Under the pieces are notes generated by a model, which had not been told where the DNA came from, made no database searches, and saw only the letters and a list, made by a program, of their open reading frames with translations. A stretch of DNA of 64,000 nt from Octopus bimaculoides (Eukaryota), in contig NC_069003.1 in assembly GCF_001194135.2 (NCBI RefSeq), positions 11,730,555 through 11,794,554 of the forward strand. Direction: 5' to 3'. Positions 60,283 through 64,000 of the stretch are shown in pieces; position 1 is the stretch's first letter; every line of letters begins with the position of its first letter. The position numbers and the translations under genes were made by a program.

Positions 60283-62015
60283 TACATACATACAAACATA
60301 CATTTTCAGGAGTGCTCTGTTGTTTCATTTTTCTCTGTCGTCTCTGCTTTTTAACTGAATTGGTATCTCTAAAGTGGCAAAATCTATGGTTATTTATCAT
60401 AAAGGTGAATCCATTACGCTTTTAAGAAGTCACGATACCTTTGTATATTGAAAGAGCCTCTTCATGCATGATTGCTGGGAGTTGAGTGCTACATACCCTT
60501 TGTAGCAGGGGGCCAGGGCAATTTCCCCCTTTGCCCCCTATAAGTCCGGCACTGAAGGCCACTACTCTATATTCAGTACATTTTAGCCACTTCAGGCAGA
60601 CAAGAGACACCGGACAGCAGACACCAGGCTGAATACAAAGTTTTTTCCCGTAACAGTTCCAGACCCCAGCTAAGAACTCATTTGCATACAGCCAATCAGA
60701 GCTCAACTATCAAACTAATTTATGAGTGCATAACATGTGATGGGCGATAAGATAAGGTCACTTGGGGAAGGAATGACCATGCTTCTTTTCTCTTTTATTT
60801 TAAGAATGCTTGTTGTTCTTGTTCTTGTTTCAACCATGACTGCCTCTGCATAGTTATTTGTGTTGTTGTTTACTTTGTAAAACAGTAAGGGGAGAGGGTT
60901 GCTAGTACATCACCCTCTACCCACACTTTTCCCATGCACATCATTACCATATGGGGCCCTAACAAAATCCAATTATATGTATAGATGCAAATCTATCTAA
61001 TTACTTGTCTCCTTCTAAAATCAGGAATAACTTGGCGAACTTGGTTGACTTACAAAAACGTTCTTCGTCTTGAGTTTACTTGGTAGAGTTTGTTTGTTAA
61101 CTTGACAACAAGGTCAATGTGAGCTCTGATTAGTCGTATGCAAATGAGTTCATTACCGGGGCCCGGAACTCTCATGGGAAAAAAAAAATTTGCAGGCTGG
61201 ACACAGAAGACGGAGATCAGTAGGCAGCAGCAAAACCAGCAGCTGGCTAGAGTGCTGTCAAAACACAAAAACAACGGACAGGCAGCAACTACAATACGCA
61301 TCTCGACAGTGACTCCTATTACACCTGGTTCAAGAACAATAAGTTTCAAACTATCTCTGAATTTGTCGTTCATAGTAACGAGGACTTTTTGGTTTACGAT
61401 AAAAATGTTGTTTTTTTTTAATCAAAAATATTCAACACATTTCAATGTTTTTTTATCGTAATAACCTTGTTGTAGGTAGTTAAAGTCAGCTGACTGGTTG
61501 GTGTTCCACCAGTTTTATGTCATTTTATTCCTAATGTCACACATTTCATTTGAGACTCATCAGAAAAGTCCATGCAGGTGAATGAAACCATCCTGTTAGG
61601 CATATCCCTTCATATCTCTCTCACGCTGAACTCTCAATATCCCAAGTACTATCAGAGTGCTATGCTCGTAGCTGTGCTGCAGATGTTTGAGCCGAAAGCA
61701 AGGTCTACGACACCTGGAAAATCTCAGCCACTCCCCCTATAATAAATTTTCCAACTTTGCAGAGTCCCTTTTCCTCCTCTTCTAAATAACGATGGTTCTA
61801 TAAGAAGCAGCCCCATTGAGAAATACTACATACCCTTGGCCAATGCCATCCAAATTTCCCTCCTTCCACTCGATCAGGGACTCCACCCAACACACACACA
61901 CACACCAAATATGAAAAATAACTCCCATTGCTTCAAAGAAGACTATTGACATGTCAATGTCTTTTTTATTACACTCAAACATTGCGTCTCACAACTCGTT
62001 CCCATACTCACCAAA

Positions 62016-62380
62016 CTGGCTGTGTGGTAAGAAGTTTGCTTTCCAACCACACAGTTCTGGGTTCAGTTTCACTGTGTGATGTCTTTGGCTAGTGTCTTCT
62101 ACTATAGCCTCGGGCTGACCAAAACCTTGTGGGTGGATTTGGTAGGCAGAAACTAAGAGTCTCATCGTATATGTGTCTGTCTGTATGTATGTCTATGTTT
62201 GTCTCCTCCCACTCATTGCTTGGTAACCGGTATTGGTGTATTTACGTCCCCGTAACTTAGCTGTTCAGCAAAAGAGATCAATAAACTAAGCACCAGGCTT
62301 TACAAAATCTAATACGTACTGGGGTCGACTCGTTAGACTAAAATTCTTCAACATGGCTGCAGTCTGAAACAAATAAAAGA
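62016..62380 (+). mobile_element. SINE family A copy
   Basis: Colinear with 27-427. Confidence 0.78.
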
Positions 62381-62395
62381 AAAAATTTTGTAACC

Positions 62396-62465
<70 letters not shown>

Positions 62466-63194
62466 NNNNNNNNNNNNNNNNNNNNNNNNNNNNNNNNNNN
62501 NNNNNNNNNNNNNNNNNNNNNNNNNNNNNNNNNNNNNNNNNNNNNNNNNNNNNNNNNNNNNNNNNNNNNNNNNNNNNNNNNNNNNNNNNNNNNNNNNNNN
62601 NNNNNNNNNNNNNNNNNNNNNNNNNNNNNNNNNNNNNNNNNNNNNNNNNNNNNNNNNNNNNNNNNNNNNNNNNNNNNNNNNNNNNNNNNNNNNNNNNNNN
62701 NNNNNNNNNNNNNNNNNNNNNNNNNNNNNNNNNNNNNNNNNNNNNNNNNNNNNNNNNNNNNNNNNNNNNNNNNNNNNNNNNNNNNNNNNNNNNNNNNNNN
62801 NNNNNNNNNNNNNNNNNNNNNNNNNNNNNNNNNNNNNNNNNNNNNNNNNNNNNNNNNNNNNNNNNNNNNNNNNNNNNNNNNNNNNNNNNNNNNNNNNNNN
62901 NNNNNNNNNNNNNNNNNNNNNNNNNNNNNNNNNNNNNNNNNNNNNNNNNNNNNNNNNNNNNNNNNNNNNNNNNNNNNNNNNNNNNNNNNNNNNNNNNNNN
63001 NNNNNNNNNNNNNNNNNNNNNNNNNNNNNNNNNNNNNNNNNNNNNNNNNNNNNNNNNNNNNNNNNNNNNNNNNNNNNNNNNNNNNNNNNNNNNNNNNNNN
63101 NNNNNNNNNNNNNNNNNNNNNNNNNNNNNNNNNNNNNNNNNNNNNNNNNNNNNNNNNNNNNNNNNNNNNNNNNNNNNNNNNNNNNNNNNNNNNN

Positions 63195-63227
<33 letters not shown>

Positions 63228-64000
63228 TTGTTTAAAAGAGTTCCAACACTGTCTGTTTTTTATGTTTTATTTATATTCCCGCAAAACCAATGTGGGATAT
63301 AGAATATGGAATATACAATACATAATATAAAATAAAAATGGATGGTACTATGAAATAAAGTATTGAATGTCTTATTGAATATATGGAATATGTCTTATTG
63401 AATAGATGAAATATTGAGTGTTCAATATAAAGGATTAAATATATAAAGGCGAATATGTATTTTCTATACCTTGTGGTATTTCATATTTTCTATACCTTGT
63501 GGTATTTCATCATGGCCGGTATGACAGACTTCGGCCATGATGAAATACCACAAGGTATAGAAACCCTTTCATAAAAAGTACAACCCGAACGACAGGCATA
63601 AAATCACTACGGCCCACAGGTGCTGTCTCGTTTTTCTGCTTTATCTATCACAACTATAATGGCTTCTGACCTCGGAGTTGTCTAGGTTCTTGCCACTACT
63701 ATCCTTATACACCCGAATATCCTCCTCTCATAACCTTTGTTATGTCCAAACTCACCAAGAACCTTCACCCAGTAACTTCCTCCACGAACATCGGCTCTCT
63801 GGTTTTCTCTTTGCCCTCATATCTTTACTGCAAGTGTTGGCTCACAACAGTGCACAACAAACATGATTATCATTAATCTTACTGATCTAGGAAACCCACT
63901 TCCTTTCCTCCGCCAAATTTTCATATGTTGTCTGGATTTATATATTTTATATATTAATAATTCTCTTTCTAAAGGTAGTGGAACTAGCAGAATCATTACC

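Noticed and set aside
61050-61461. 107-aa ORFs on both strands
   Set aside because: No recognisable domain or supporting splice sites; they overlap the inverted-repeat element.

Overview
AT-rich, microsatellite-dense animal genomic DNA with 14 N-gaps. The SINE and repeat repertoire suggests an octopod cephalopod; this is an inference from pattern recognition, not a database hit. Two spliced protein-coding genes could be rebuilt by hand on the + strand, with canonical GT-AG sites and consistent intron phases. (1) The last 9 coding exons (450-13897) of a ferric-chelate reductase 1 (FRRS1)-like cytochrome b561 protein, with all four heme-ligand His retained. (2) A TTLL7-like tubulin polyglutamylase with 10 coding exons (35627-54142, 530 codons); its 3' end is unresolved. 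The rest is mostly mobile-element debris: several tRNA-derived SINE families, Tc1/mariner MITEs, a 5'-truncated Ty3/Gypsy element with an intact 3' LTR, Penelope GIY-YIG remnants, RLE-type and CR1/L2-type LINE tails, and Helitron/Helentron-like elements. The most interesting non-annotated signals are a minimal hammerhead ribozyme with an intact core (25636-25677, - strand) and a near-intact one in sense orientation downstream of the last TTLL7 exon (55991-56062). There are also several decayed hammerheads and a dense set of long fold-back palindromes in TTLL7 introns. Hammerheads in Penelope-like elements are a known class, so I cannot claim a wholly new system. Repeat boundaries are approximate (about +/-10-20 nt).
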